Assembly: GCA_035551955.1 (NCBI GenBank)
Contig: DASZMD010000229.1
Span: forward strand, 1-55,590
Length of the DNA: 55,590 bases
Direction of reading: 5' to 3'
Origin: Solirubrobacteraceae bacterium
GTDB lineage: Bacteria > Actinomycetota > Thermoleophilia > Solirubrobacterales > Solirubrobacteraceae
Made by a program: the position numbers and the translations under genes. This document shows, one piece after another, positions 40,122 through 48,681 of this stretch. Under the pieces are notes generated by a model, which did no database searches, had not been told where the DNA came from, and was given only the letters and a program-made list of their open reading frames with translations. Each line of letters opens with the position of its first letter. Position 1 is the stretch's first letter.

Positions 40122-40220
40122 GGTCGCTGTTCGGGCGGCTTCCCAACGAGCCGGCCGCCCGATCGGCCCCCCACAGCGCTCGGCCCGCCGCGCCCCCCCC
40201 TATCGCGGCGGGCCGCTGTT
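40122..40220 (+). ncRNA. Candidate structured small RNA with C-rich loops (6C-RNA-like)
   Basis: ATGCCA-N17-TAAGGT promoter (40087-40115). Stems 40125-30/40173-78 and 40131-39/40154-62, C6 at 40167-72, and a 12-bp hairpin 40181-92/40204-15 with a C8 loop. Lies between convergent genes. Confidence 0.55.
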
Positions 40221-40223
40221 ACC

Positions 40224-42389
40224 TCACCCCGAGCCGCGCGGCCGCCACCCCAGGCGTGCAACGCCTCGCCGCGACGGGCGCCGAGGCTCGAGGCCCGCCT
40301 CCTGACCCTGGCCGATTCCCAGCAGGCCGGCCACCGTGTTGGCGGCGTCGACCAGCTCGTCGAGCTCGGCCTCGAGGACGGGATCAAGGCCCGCGCGGGC
40401 GACGAGCTCGCGGTGGAGCGCGCGCAGGCGCGGGAGCTCGCCCCGGGGCGGCGCGCCGGTGGCGAGCGCCTCGGCGATCAGCGCCAGCGTGCGGTCAAGG
40501 CCCTCGGCCAGCGGCCGCAGGGCCGGGAGTGGCGGCCTGCCGCCGCTCCCGAGCTCGAGCCTGATCACGTGCGCGGCCTGGACGAGGCGGCGCAGACCGG
40601 TCATCACCCGACGCGCCTGCTCGACGTCGATCCGCCGCGCGGCCGGCTCGGTGAGCGACCGCTCGATCGTCGCCTCGGCCGTCGTCCACGCCAGGCGAGC
40701 CCGGCGCGCGAGCGCGCGAAGCTCCTCCTCGCGGGCCGGGCGGCCCTCGGCGACAGCATCGAGCAGGGCGCCGAGGTAGTCGCGCTGCGCGGTGACGAGG
40801 TCGGCCAGCGCCTGGCGCGCCGAGGTGCTCGACCACGTCGGCCAGACCACGTAGGCGAGGAGCCCGATCACCCCGCCCACGAGGGTGTCGATGCCGCGGT
40901 CGGCGGCGGTTCCCAGGGTGCTCGGCGACACCGCCTCGAGGAGGAAGACGATCATCGCGGTGAGGAAGGCGATACCGGCGGCGAAGCTCGCCGGGAAGAC
41001 CGAGTAGGCCGCCCAGGCCAGGACCCCAACGAGGGCGACGGTCGCCCACCCGCTCGGGTGCAGGGCGACGGCGACGAGGCCGGCGAGGACGACCCCGACC
41101 AAGGTCCCCGCCATGCGCTCGACTCCGCGCGTGAAGGTCCCGGCGAAGTCGGGCCGCAGGACGGTGGCGGCGGCCACGACCACCCAGTAGCTGCGCTGGA
41201 GGTGCAGGTGCTGGGCCAGCACCGCGGTGGCGGGGACGACGACGGCGAGGCGCACCGCGTGGCGCCCGGCCGGTGAGCGCAGTGAGACATTGGCGCGAAC
41301 CTGGGCGAGGTCGGCAGCGAACTGCTGCCACGGCGTCGCCGCGCCGAGACTGGGGCGCACGACGATCCTCCCACCCTCCCGGTGGGCGCCGGCGGCTAGT
41401 CCGGCGGCGGCGCGGATCTGCCCCGCCAGGGCGATCGCGTGGCGCTCGATCCCCTCGGCCAGGGGGGATTTGGCGCTGGCGGACGCGACCTCCTCGGTCG
41501 CGGCATCGAGCTTGGCCAGCGCCGACTCCGCCCGCTCCTCGGGCGCCGTTCGCTCGATCACGGCAGCGATGCCGTCGAGCGCCTCGGCGGCGCACGCGCG
41601 CAGGCGCTCGACGGCCCGGCGCAGGCCGCCGTCGTCGCCCTGGGCGCGCTCGTACTGATCGATGAGGAGGGCGAGGGCGGCGAACTCGAGGCGCATGCGC
41701 CGGCCCTCCTCCACGAGCGCGGTCAGCTGCATCGTCCCCGGCCCTCCGAGGAGCGTCGGGGAGGCGAGCTTGCGTTCCGCCTCGTCGAGCGAGGCCGCGG
41801 CCGTCCCGGTGGGGACGCCGGGGTCGGAGGCGATCCGGGCGAGACTGCGGTACGCCTCGGCGACCGCCGAGCGCTGGAGCGCAAGCGCGGGGGGGGCGCC
41901 GAAGAGGGCCGAGAAGAGCACCTGGACAAGCCCGCCGGCGAGGACGAGGCCGGCCAGCCCGAGGGCCGCCGGGACGGGCTGACTGAAGCGCCCGAAGACG
42001 ACGAAGGCGATGATCGCCTGGTTGCCGACGACGGTGGTGCGCGGGCCGGCGGCGACCATCAGGCCGCCGGCGAAGGCCCACATCACGAGGAGGACGAGAT
42101 GGACCCACGCCAGCCGACCGGTGGCCGCGCCGGCGAAGGTCGAGAGGGCCATGACCGCGGTGTCGATGAGCATGGTCGCCACCGGGGGCCGGCCGCCGCC
42201 GACCCTCCAGGCGATACCCACGAGCATCGCGCCCGCGCCCATGGTCACGGCGGCGACCGTGTCACCGGCGATCGTCCCAGCGGCGAGGACGCCGACCACG
42301 GGGACGGCTGCGATCAGGCCGGCCCGGAGCGACACCGCCGAGCGATCGAAGCGGGTCGCTTGGCGGACGGCATGTGCGACCGCTGACAT
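40224..42389 (-). CDS. FUSC/YccS family transporter
   Basis: Two hydrophobic blocks, RHAVRLAV, SYWVVVAAATVLRPD, ERMAGT, DRGIDT. Confidence 0.9.
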   Translation of the reverse strand: MSAVAHAVRQATRFDRSAVSLRAGLIAAVPVVGVLAAGTIAGDTVAAVTMGAGAMLVGIAWRVGGGRPPVATMLIDTAVMALSTFAGAATGRLAWVHLVLLVMWAFAGGLMVAAGPRTTVVGNQAIIAFVVFGRFSQPVPAALGLAGLVLAGGLVQVLFSALFGAPPALALQRSAVAEAYRSLARIASDPGVPTGTAAASLDEAERKLASPTLLGGPGTMQLTALVEEGRRMRLEFAALALLIDQYERAQGDDGGLRRAVERLRACAAEALDGIAAVIERTAPEERAESALAKLDAATEEVASASAKSPLAEGIERHAIALAGQIRAAAGLAAGAHREGGRIVVRPSLGAATPWQQFAADLAQVRANVSLRSPAGRHAVRLAVVVPATAVLAQHLHLQRSYWVVVAAATVLRPDFAGTFTRGVERMAGTLVGVVLAGLVAVALHPSGWATVALVGVLAWAAYSVFPASFAAGIAFLTAMIVFLLEAVSPSTLGTAADRGIDTLVGGVIGLLAYVVWPTWSSTSARQALADLVTAQRDYLGALLDAVAEGRPAREEELRALARRARLAWTTAEATIERSLTEPAARRIDVEQARRVMTGLRRLVQAAHVIRLELGSGGRPPLPALRPLAEGLDRTLALIAEALATGAPPRGELPRLRALHRELVARAGLDPVLEAELDELVDAANTVAGLLGIGQGQEAGLEPRRPSRRGVARLGWRPRGSG

Positions 42390-42421
42390 CTCGCTCTTGT
42401 CTCCTTTGCCGGTGGCGGCGT

Positions 42422-42428
42422 TACGCTA
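42422..42428. promoter_or_regulatory. Overlapping bidirectional -10 elements
   Basis: TACGCT (+, 42422-27) and TAGCGT (-, 42428-23) between divergent genes, each of which has an AAGGAG RBS. Confidence 0.5.
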
Positions 42429-42478
42429 CCGCCCTCCGTAGGCCGGAGTGGCCTGCGAAGCACCCGAAGGAGGAGTCG

Positions 42479-42991
42479 ATGACGGGCAGCGCGATCGTCG
42501 TACGTGACCAGGAGCAGGCGATCACCTTCTCGTTCGAGGACATGATGCGCTACCACGGGCCGGGCTCCCCGGGCGGCGTGGCGCACGCCTTCAAGGTCCT
42601 CGAGCGGGCGCTCCCGCTGCTAGAGCCCGACGGCGTACCCGAGCGCCGGGAGATCGTCGTCCATACGGCGTTCGGCGGGCCGGGAGCGCGGGATGCCTTC
42701 GAGCTGGTGACGCGGGCCGTGACCGAGGAACGCTACGTCGTCGACCTCGGTCTCGAGCGCCCCGAGCGCGGACGCGCACGCGCGCGCTTCGTCTTCCGGC
42801 TCGGCTACCGCGACCGCGAGGTCACCCTCTCGGTCAGAGAGGGCTACGTGAGCGACGAGTTCATCGACCTCGCCCGCACTCCCGATCGCACCCCCACCCA
42901 GGAGAGCCGCCTCACCGCCCTCAAGCGCGAGATGGCCGAGCGGGTGATGGCCTCGCCCGCCGCCAAGGTGTACGACGTAGCGGGCGGCTAG
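42479..42991 (+). CDS. FmdE-like hypothetical protein
   Basis: RYHGPGSPGGVAHAFK...GARDAFELVT resembles the FmdE fold; RBS AAGGAGGAG. Confidence 0.65.
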   Translation: MTGSAIVVRDQEQAITFSFEDMMRYHGPGSPGGVAHAFKVLERALPLLEPDGVPERREIVVHTAFGGPGARDAFELVTRAVTEERYVVDLGLERPERGRARARFVFRLGYRDREVTLSVREGYVSDEFIDLARTPDRTPTQESRLTALKREMAERVMASPAAKVYDVAGG

Positions 42992-43000
42992 GTTTCTCGC

Positions 43001-43909
43001 GTGGCCGAGCAGAAGGACATCGACTTCAGCTACACGCTGACCGATCGCGTGATCCGGCTCGCACTGGGCGAGCTCGCCGACTTCAGCGGCGCCAAGTACG
43101 ACGGCGATTACACCCTCACCCTCGAGCAGGCCCAGCGCCGCAAGCACGACTACGTGGCCGAGCAGATCGGGATCGGTCCGGGCCGCCGGGTGATCGACCT
43201 CGGCTGCGGTTGGGGCGGGCTGCTCAACTACATCCGCGGCCGCGGCGCCACCGGCGTGGGCCTCTCGCTGTCCTCGGCCCAGGTGGCCGCGTGTCGCCGT
43301 CACGGCCTCGACGTCCACCTCCACGACGCCCGCGAGGTCACCCGGGAGCAGTTCGGGGAGTTCGATGCTGCCGCCAGCCTCGGCGCCTTCGAGCACTTCT
43401 GCTCGCCCGATGACTACCGAGCCGGGCGCCAGGAGGACGTGTACCGGAACTTCTTCGCCCAGGTGGCGAGCGTGCTTCCGCCCGGCGGCCGCTTCTACCT
43501 GCAGACGATGGTCTTCGGACGCCACATGATTCCCATCGACGAGGTCGACCGCCACGCCCCGCGCGAGTCCGACGCCTGGTACCTGGCGATGATGCAGGCG
43601 GCCTTCCCCGGCTCCTTCCTGCCCTTCGGCCAGGAGCAGGTGATCCGCTGCGCGGAGCCGCACTTCCGGCACGTGTCGAGCATCAGCGGCCGCATCGACT
43701 ACATCGAGACGATTCATCAGTGGGACCTCAGGACCGAGTCCTGGAATCCCCGTATGGCCCTGCTCAAGCTCCGCCTACTGCCCAAGTGGCTCACGAGCCC
43801 CGACTTCCGCTTCGCCTTCACCTCGGGTGCGAGCTCGAACAAGGTGTGCTTCGAGCGGGAGCTGATGGATCACTACCGGATCGTCTTCGAGCGCGCCGAA
43901 TTCGCATGA
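43001..43909 (+). CDS. Cyclopropane fatty-acid/mycolic-acid synthase-family SAM methyltransferase
   Basis: [42 protein letters not shown]. Confidence 0.88.
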   Translation: MAEQKDIDFSYTLTDRVIRLALGELADFSGAKYDGDYTLTLEQAQRRKHDYVAEQIGIGPGRRVIDLGCGWGGLLNYIRGRGATGVGLSLSSAQVAACRRHGLDVHLHDAREVTREQFGEFDAAASLGAFEHFCSPDDYRAGRQEDVYRNFFAQVASVLPPGGRFYLQTMVFGRHMIPIDEVDRHAPRESDAWYLAMMQAAFPGSFLPFGQEQVIRCAEPHFRHVSSISGRIDYIETIHQWDLRTESWNPRMALLKLRLLPKWLTSPDFRFAFTSGASSNKVCFERELMDHYRIVFERAEFA

Positions 43910-46119
43910 GGATCGTCTACACGCTCACCGACGAGGCGCCAGCGCTCGCGACCCGGTCGCTGCTGCCCATCGTCGAGGCTTTCTCCGGCGCCGCGGGCAT
44001 CGAGGTCGAGCGCCGCGACATCTCCCTCGCGGGGCGGATTCTCGCCCAGTTCCCCGAGCGTCTGAACGACGTCCAGCGCGTGGCCGACGCGCTGAGCGAG
44101 CTCGGCGAGCTCGCGAAGACCCCCGAGGCGAACATCATCAAGCTCCCCAACATCAGCGCTTCGGTGCCCCAGCTCAAGGCGGCCATTGCCGAGCTCCAGG
44201 CCAAGGGCTATGCGGTCCCCGGTTACCCCGACGAGCCCGCGGGCGAGGAGGAGCGGGAGGTGCGGGCGCGCTACGACAAGGTCAAGGGCAGCGCCGTCAA
44301 CCCCGTGCTCCGCGAGGGGAACTCCGATCGCCGCGCCCCCGCCTCGGTCAAGGCCTATGCGCGCCGGCACCCCCACTCGATGGGCGCCTGGTCGCCGAGC
44401 TCGCGCTCGCACGTCTCGACCATGAGCGACGGCGACTTCCGCTCCACCGAGCAGTCGGTCACGGTCGCGACCGAGGGGCCGCTGAGGATCGATCACGTCG
44501 GCGCGGACGGGACGGTGACCGTGCTCCGCGAGGCGGTTCCGGTGAGCGCGGGGGAAGTGGTCGACGGCGCGGTGATGCGCGCCCGGGCCCTCGACGGGTT
44601 CCTCGCCGCCCAGATCGCCGAGGCCCAGGAGCAGGGCGTCCTCTTCTCCGTGCACCTCAAGGCGACGATGATGAAGGTGTCGGACCCGATCATCTTCGGC
44701 CACAGCGTGCGCGCCTACTTCGCCGACGTGTTCGCCGAGCACGGGGCCGCGCTCGCCTCGGCGGGGGTCAACGCCAACGACGGCATAGCGGCCCTCCTGA
44801 CCGCGGTCGAGGAGCTCCCCGAGGCGGAGCGCGACGCCGTCCGGGCGGCGATCGATGCCGCCTACGCTCACCGTGCGTCCCTCGCCATGGTCGACTCGGA
44901 CCGCGGCATCACCAACCTTCACGCCCCCAGCGACGTGATCATCGACGCCTCGATGCCCGCCGCCATCCGCGCTTCGGGGCAGATGTGGAACGCCCAGGGC
45001 GAACAGCAGGACACCAAGTTCACCATCCCCGACCACTCTTACGCCGCCGTCTACGCCGAGACCGTCGAGCACTGCCGCGAGCACGGCGCCTTCGACCCCG
45101 CCACCATGGGCACGACTCCCAACGTCGGGCTCATGGCCCAGGCGGCCGAGGAGTATGGCTCACACGACACCACCTTCGAGATGACCTCGGCCGGCGCCGT
45201 CCGTGTCGTCGACGGCGCCGGAGACATCCTGCTCGAGCATGCCGTCGAGGCGGGGGACATCTGGCGCATGTGCCGCACCACGGCCGCGGCGATCGAGGAC
45301 TGGACGCGGCTGGCGGTGGCGCGGGCACGCGAGACCGGCGTGCCCGCCGTGTTCTGGCTCGACGAGCACCGCCCCCACGACGCCGAGCTCCTGGGCAAGG
45401 TCCGCGCCACGCTCGCCGAGCTCGACATTCAAGGCCTCCAGCTCGAGATCATGGACGTCGCGGAGGCCACCCGCTTCACCCTCGACCGCGCGCGGGGCGG
45501 CGAGGACACGATCTCGGTCACCGGCAATGTCCTCCGCGACTACCTGACCGACCTCTTCCCCATCCTCGAGCTGGGCACGAGCGCCAAGGTCCTTTCCATC
45601 GTCCCGCTCATGGACGGCGGGGGTCTGTTCGAGACCGGCGCGGGAGGATCCGCCCCCCGGCACGTCCAGCAGTTCCTCACCGAGAACCATCTGCGCTGGG
45701 ACTCACTAGGTGAGTTCCTCGCCCTCGTCCCCTCGCTCGAGCTGCTGGCCAATACGACCGGCAATCCCCGCGCCGGGCTCCTCGCGAGCACCCTGGACCG
45801 CGCCACCGGTCGCGTGCTCGAGGAGAACCGCTCGCCCTCGCGCCGAGCCGGAGAGCTCGACAACCGCGGGGGCCATTTCTACCTCGCCCTGTATTGGGCG
45901 CAGGAGCTCGCCGAGCAGCGCGAGGACGCAGAGCTCGCCGAGCGCTTCGCCCCGCTGGCCGAGCGCCTGACCGGGGACGAGGCGAGGATCGTCGAGGAGC
46001 TCGGGGCGGTGCAGGGGTCGCCGGTGGACCTCGACGGCTATTACCGCCCCGACGAGGACCGGGTGGTGGCGGCGATGCGCCCGAGCCCCACCCTCAACGA
46101 GGCGCTGGCGAGTTTCTAG
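43906..46119 (+). CDS. icd: Monomeric NADP-dependent isocitrate dehydrogenase
   Basis: [62 protein letters not shown] overlaps the upstream stop (ATGA). Confidence 0.96.
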   Translation: MRIVYTLTDEAPALATRSLLPIVEAFSGAAGIEVERRDISLAGRILAQFPERLNDVQRVADALSELGELAKTPEANIIKLPNISASVPQLKAAIAELQAKGYAVPGYPDEPAGEEEREVRARYDKVKGSAVNPVLREGNSDRRAPASVKAYARRHPHSMGAWSPSSRSHVSTMSDGDFRSTEQSVTVATEGPLRIDHVGADGTVTVLREAVPVSAGEVVDGAVMRARALDGFLAAQIAEAQEQGVLFSVHLKATMMKVSDPIIFGHSVRAYFADVFAEHGAALASAGVNANDGIAALLTAVEELPEAERDAVRAAIDAAYAHRASLAMVDSDRGITNLHAPSDVIIDASMPAAIRASGQMWNAQGEQQDTKFTIPDHSYAAVYAETVEHCREHGAFDPATMGTTPNVGLMAQAAEEYGSHDTTFEMTSAGAVRVVDGAGDILLEHAVEAGDIWRMCRTTAAAIEDWTRLAVARARETGVPAVFWLDEHRPHDAELLGKVRATLAELDIQGLQLEIMDVAEATRFTLDRARGGEDTISVTGNVLRDYLTDLFPILELGTSAKVLSIVPLMDGGGLFETGAGGSAPRHVQQFLTENHLRWDSLGEFLALVPSLELLANTTGNPRAGLLASTLDRATGRVLEENRSPSRRAGELDNRGGHFYLALYWAQELAEQREDAELAERFAPLAERLTGDEARIVEELGAVQGSPVDLDGYYRPDEDRVVAAMRPSPTLNEALASF

Positions 46120-46292
46120 CGCCAGGAGGTCGACGCCACCGTCGCCGTCGTCTACACGATCGCCCCGGTCTGAGCTCAGGTCGCACTCCCCGCTGCCGAT
46201 ACTCCCCGGCGCCGGCGGCTGAGCCGCCGAGGGATTAGGCTCCGCGCAGCCGGAGACGGATCCCCACGTTCCACATCGATGGAGGTGCCGCC

Positions 46293-46589
46293 ATGATCGT
46301 CATGTTTTCCGCCCGCCGCCTGAAGCCCGGCGCATGGGACCAGTTCCGCCAGGCCTGGGACCCCGGCGAGAACTACCCGCCCGGGTTCCAGCGCGCCTTC
46401 CACGCCCGCAACATTCGCGACGAGGACGAGGTCATCTCCTTCGGGCTCTTCGACATGACCGAGGACGACTACCGCCGCTGGCGTGCCGAGGCGGACGCGC
46501 AGGAGATGGAGCGGGTCGATCACATCTCGGCCTTCGTGGTCAACGAGCCGGTGGCCGGCGTCTACGAGGTGATCGACACGGTGGAGTGA
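46293..46589 (+). CDS. Small ABM/dimeric alpha-beta barrel-like protein
   Basis: RBS GGAGG; RRLKPG...DEVISFG...GVYEV pattern; TCAG-N15-GCCGATAC upstream. Confidence 0.75.
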   Translation: MIVMFSARRLKPGAWDQFRQAWDPGENYPPGFQRAFHARNIRDEDEVISFGLFDMTEDDYRRWRAEADAQEMERVDHISAFVVNEPVAGVYEVIDTVE

Positions 46590-48169
46590 GGCGGCGGGAC
46601 GGGCACGCGGTCCCGCCCGGTGTCGAGCGGCTGCCCGGCAAGCTGACCGCCCGCGCAGTCCTCGCAGTGGACGGTGCGCCGGGGGTTGCGAATGCCGGCC
46701 AGGCCGAGCACTCCGCCCACGGCCACGAGCGCCGCCGAGATGCCGATGCCGGCGTGGAAGGCGTGGACCGACGCCGACTGCACGGCGCGGGCCACGGGCT
46801 GGCCGACGAGTGTCGGGTCGACGCGGGCGAGCGTCTGGCTGCGGGCCTGGGCAAGGGCGGCTCGGGCCACGGGCGTGAGCCTGACGTGGGCCAGGCGCTG
46901 GTCGAGGGCGGAGTTGAACTGGGCCGAGATCACCGCGCCCACGGCGGCGATGGCGAGCAGGCTGGCGATGCGGGCGATGGCGTTGTTGACGCCCGAGGCG
47001 ATCCCCGCGTTGGACTCGTCGGCGTCGGAGAGCACGGCGGCGGTGAGGGGCGCGACGGTCGACGAGAGGCCGAGCGAGAAGATGACGAGCGCCGGTAGGA
47101 GGTCGGTGAAGTAGTTGACGTGGGGACCGAGGTGGAGCATGAGCGCGAGACCGCCGGCCGCGACCAGCGGCCCCAGGCCCATGAAGAGCCGCGGCCCGAA
47201 ACGGTCCGCGAGCTTGCCCATGCGCTTGGAGAGGACGAACATGACGATGGTCGAGGGCATCAGGGCGAATCCGGCCTGCAGCGCGCGGTAGCCGGCGACC
47301 TCCTGGAGGAAGAGGACGAGGAGGAAGAAGGTGATGCCGAGGCCGCCGTACATGGCCAGGGTCTCGAGGTTCCCGACCGCGAAATTGCGGCGCTTGAACA
47401 GGCCGAGGGGCAGCATCGGGTCAGGAGTGCGCCGCTCGTGGATGATGAAGACGCCGAGCAGCGCCAGCCCTCCGAGCCCGGATCCCCACACCTGGACGCT
47501 GCCCCAGCCCACCACGGGCTGGCGAATCAGCGCCAGCACGGGCCCGGCGAGCCCGAGCAAGGTGAGCAGGCCGCCGAGCCAGTCGACGCGAGCGTGGGCC
47601 ATGCCCCGGGGACGCGCGGGGACGGCGAGCGAGACGAGCACGAGCGTCGCCACCACGAAGGGGATGTTCACCGCGAAGATCAGCCGCCACGAGACGGCAT
47701 CGACGAGGAACCCCCCGGCCAGCGGCCCGACGACGGTGGCGATCCCCGCCCACGCCGTCCACGAGCCGATCGCGCTCCCGCGCTCCTCGGGAGAGAAGGT
47801 CGAGACGATCACCGCTAGGGCGCTCGGAGTCAGGAGCGCCCCGAACGCGCCCTGGAGGGCCCGGCACGCAATCAGCACGGCGATGGTGGGAGCCAGCGCG
47901 CACAGCAGCGAGACGACGCCGAAGCCGGCGACGCCGACCGAGAACACCCGCCGCTCGCCGAAGACGTCGCCGAGCGACCCGCCGACGAGGATCAGTGAGC
48001 CCAGGGCCAGCAGGTAGGCGTTCGACACCCACTGCTGCCCGGCGAGGCCGCCGCCGAGGTCGGCGCGGATGGCGGGCAGCGCGACGTTGACGGCGGTGGC
48101 GTCGAGTCCGGCCACGAACGAACCCATGATCGCCGCGACGAGAGCCAAACGCTTGCGGCGATCAGGCAT
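46562..48169 (-). CDS. DHA2 MFS transporter
   Basis: LDATAVNVALP, GGSLGDVFGERR, WRLIFAVNIP. Confidence 0.93.
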   Translation of the reverse strand: MPDRRKRLALVAAIMGSFVAGLDATAVNVALPAIRADLGGGLAGQQWVSNAYLLALGSLILVGGSLGDVFGERRVFSVGVAGFGVVSLLCALAPTIAVLIACRALQGAFGALLTPSALAVIVSTFSPEERGSAIGSWTAWAGIATVVGPLAGGFLVDAVSWRLIFAVNIPFVVATLVLVSLAVPARPRGMAHARVDWLGGLLTLLGLAGPVLALIRQPVVGWGSVQVWGSGLGGLALLGVFIIHERRTPDPMLPLGLFKRRNFAVGNLETLAMYGGLGITFFLLVLFLQEVAGYRALQAGFALMPSTIVMFVLSKRMGKLADRFGPRLFMGLGPLVAAGGLALMLHLGPHVNYFTDLLPALVIFSLGLSSTVAPLTAAVLSDADESNAGIASGVNNAIARIASLLAIAAVGAVISAQFNSALDQRLAHVRLTPVARAALAQARSQTLARVDPTLVGQPVARAVQSASVHAFHAGIGISAALVAVGGVLGLAGIRNPRRTVHCEDCAGGQLAGQPLDTGRDRVPVPPPHSTVSITS

Positions 48170-48279
48170 TTCCCTCCCCTCAAGTCGACGTGTCCCCGCG
48201 CTCTCCGGCCAGCATAGCCCCGACCAACTCCGGCGTCAGGTCATCGAGCTTGACATCGGGGTGAAGATGTTCCCAGCCC

Positions 48280-48681
48280 ATGAGCCATGCCAGGGAGATG
48301 CTTGATGCGACGGCCGGAGGCACCGATCTCGGCGCCGACGAGGTCGCGGACGCGATCGAGGCCTGCCTGACCTGCGAGCAGACGTGCACGGCCTGCGCCA
48401 GTGCGTGTTTGGCCGAGGACGACATCGCCGACATGCGTGCCTGCATCGCCCTCGACGAGAGCTGCGCCGACCTGTGCGCAACCATGGGGCGGGTCCTCTC
48501 GCGACCGGTGTACGCCGACCACCTCCTCCTCCGTCCCCTGCTCCAGGCGTGCGTGCGCGCATGCTCGGCGTGCGCCGAGGAGTGCGAGCGTCACGCCCAG
48601 CATCACCGCCACTGCGCGATCTGCGCCCAGGCGTGCCGCGCCTGCGAGAAGGCGTGCGCCACGCTGCTCGAGGCCGTGTAG
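48280..48681 (+). CDS. Four-helix-bundle copper storage protein (Csp3/DUF326-like)
   Basis: 17 Cys in CxxC/CxxxC arrays, CERH...HC; no signal peptide. Confidence 0.9.
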   Translation: MSHAREMLDATAGGTDLGADEVADAIEACLTCEQTCTACASACLAEDDIADMRACIALDESCADLCATMGRVLSRPVYADHLLLRPLLQACVRACSACAEECERHAQHHRHCAICAQACRACEKACATLLEAV

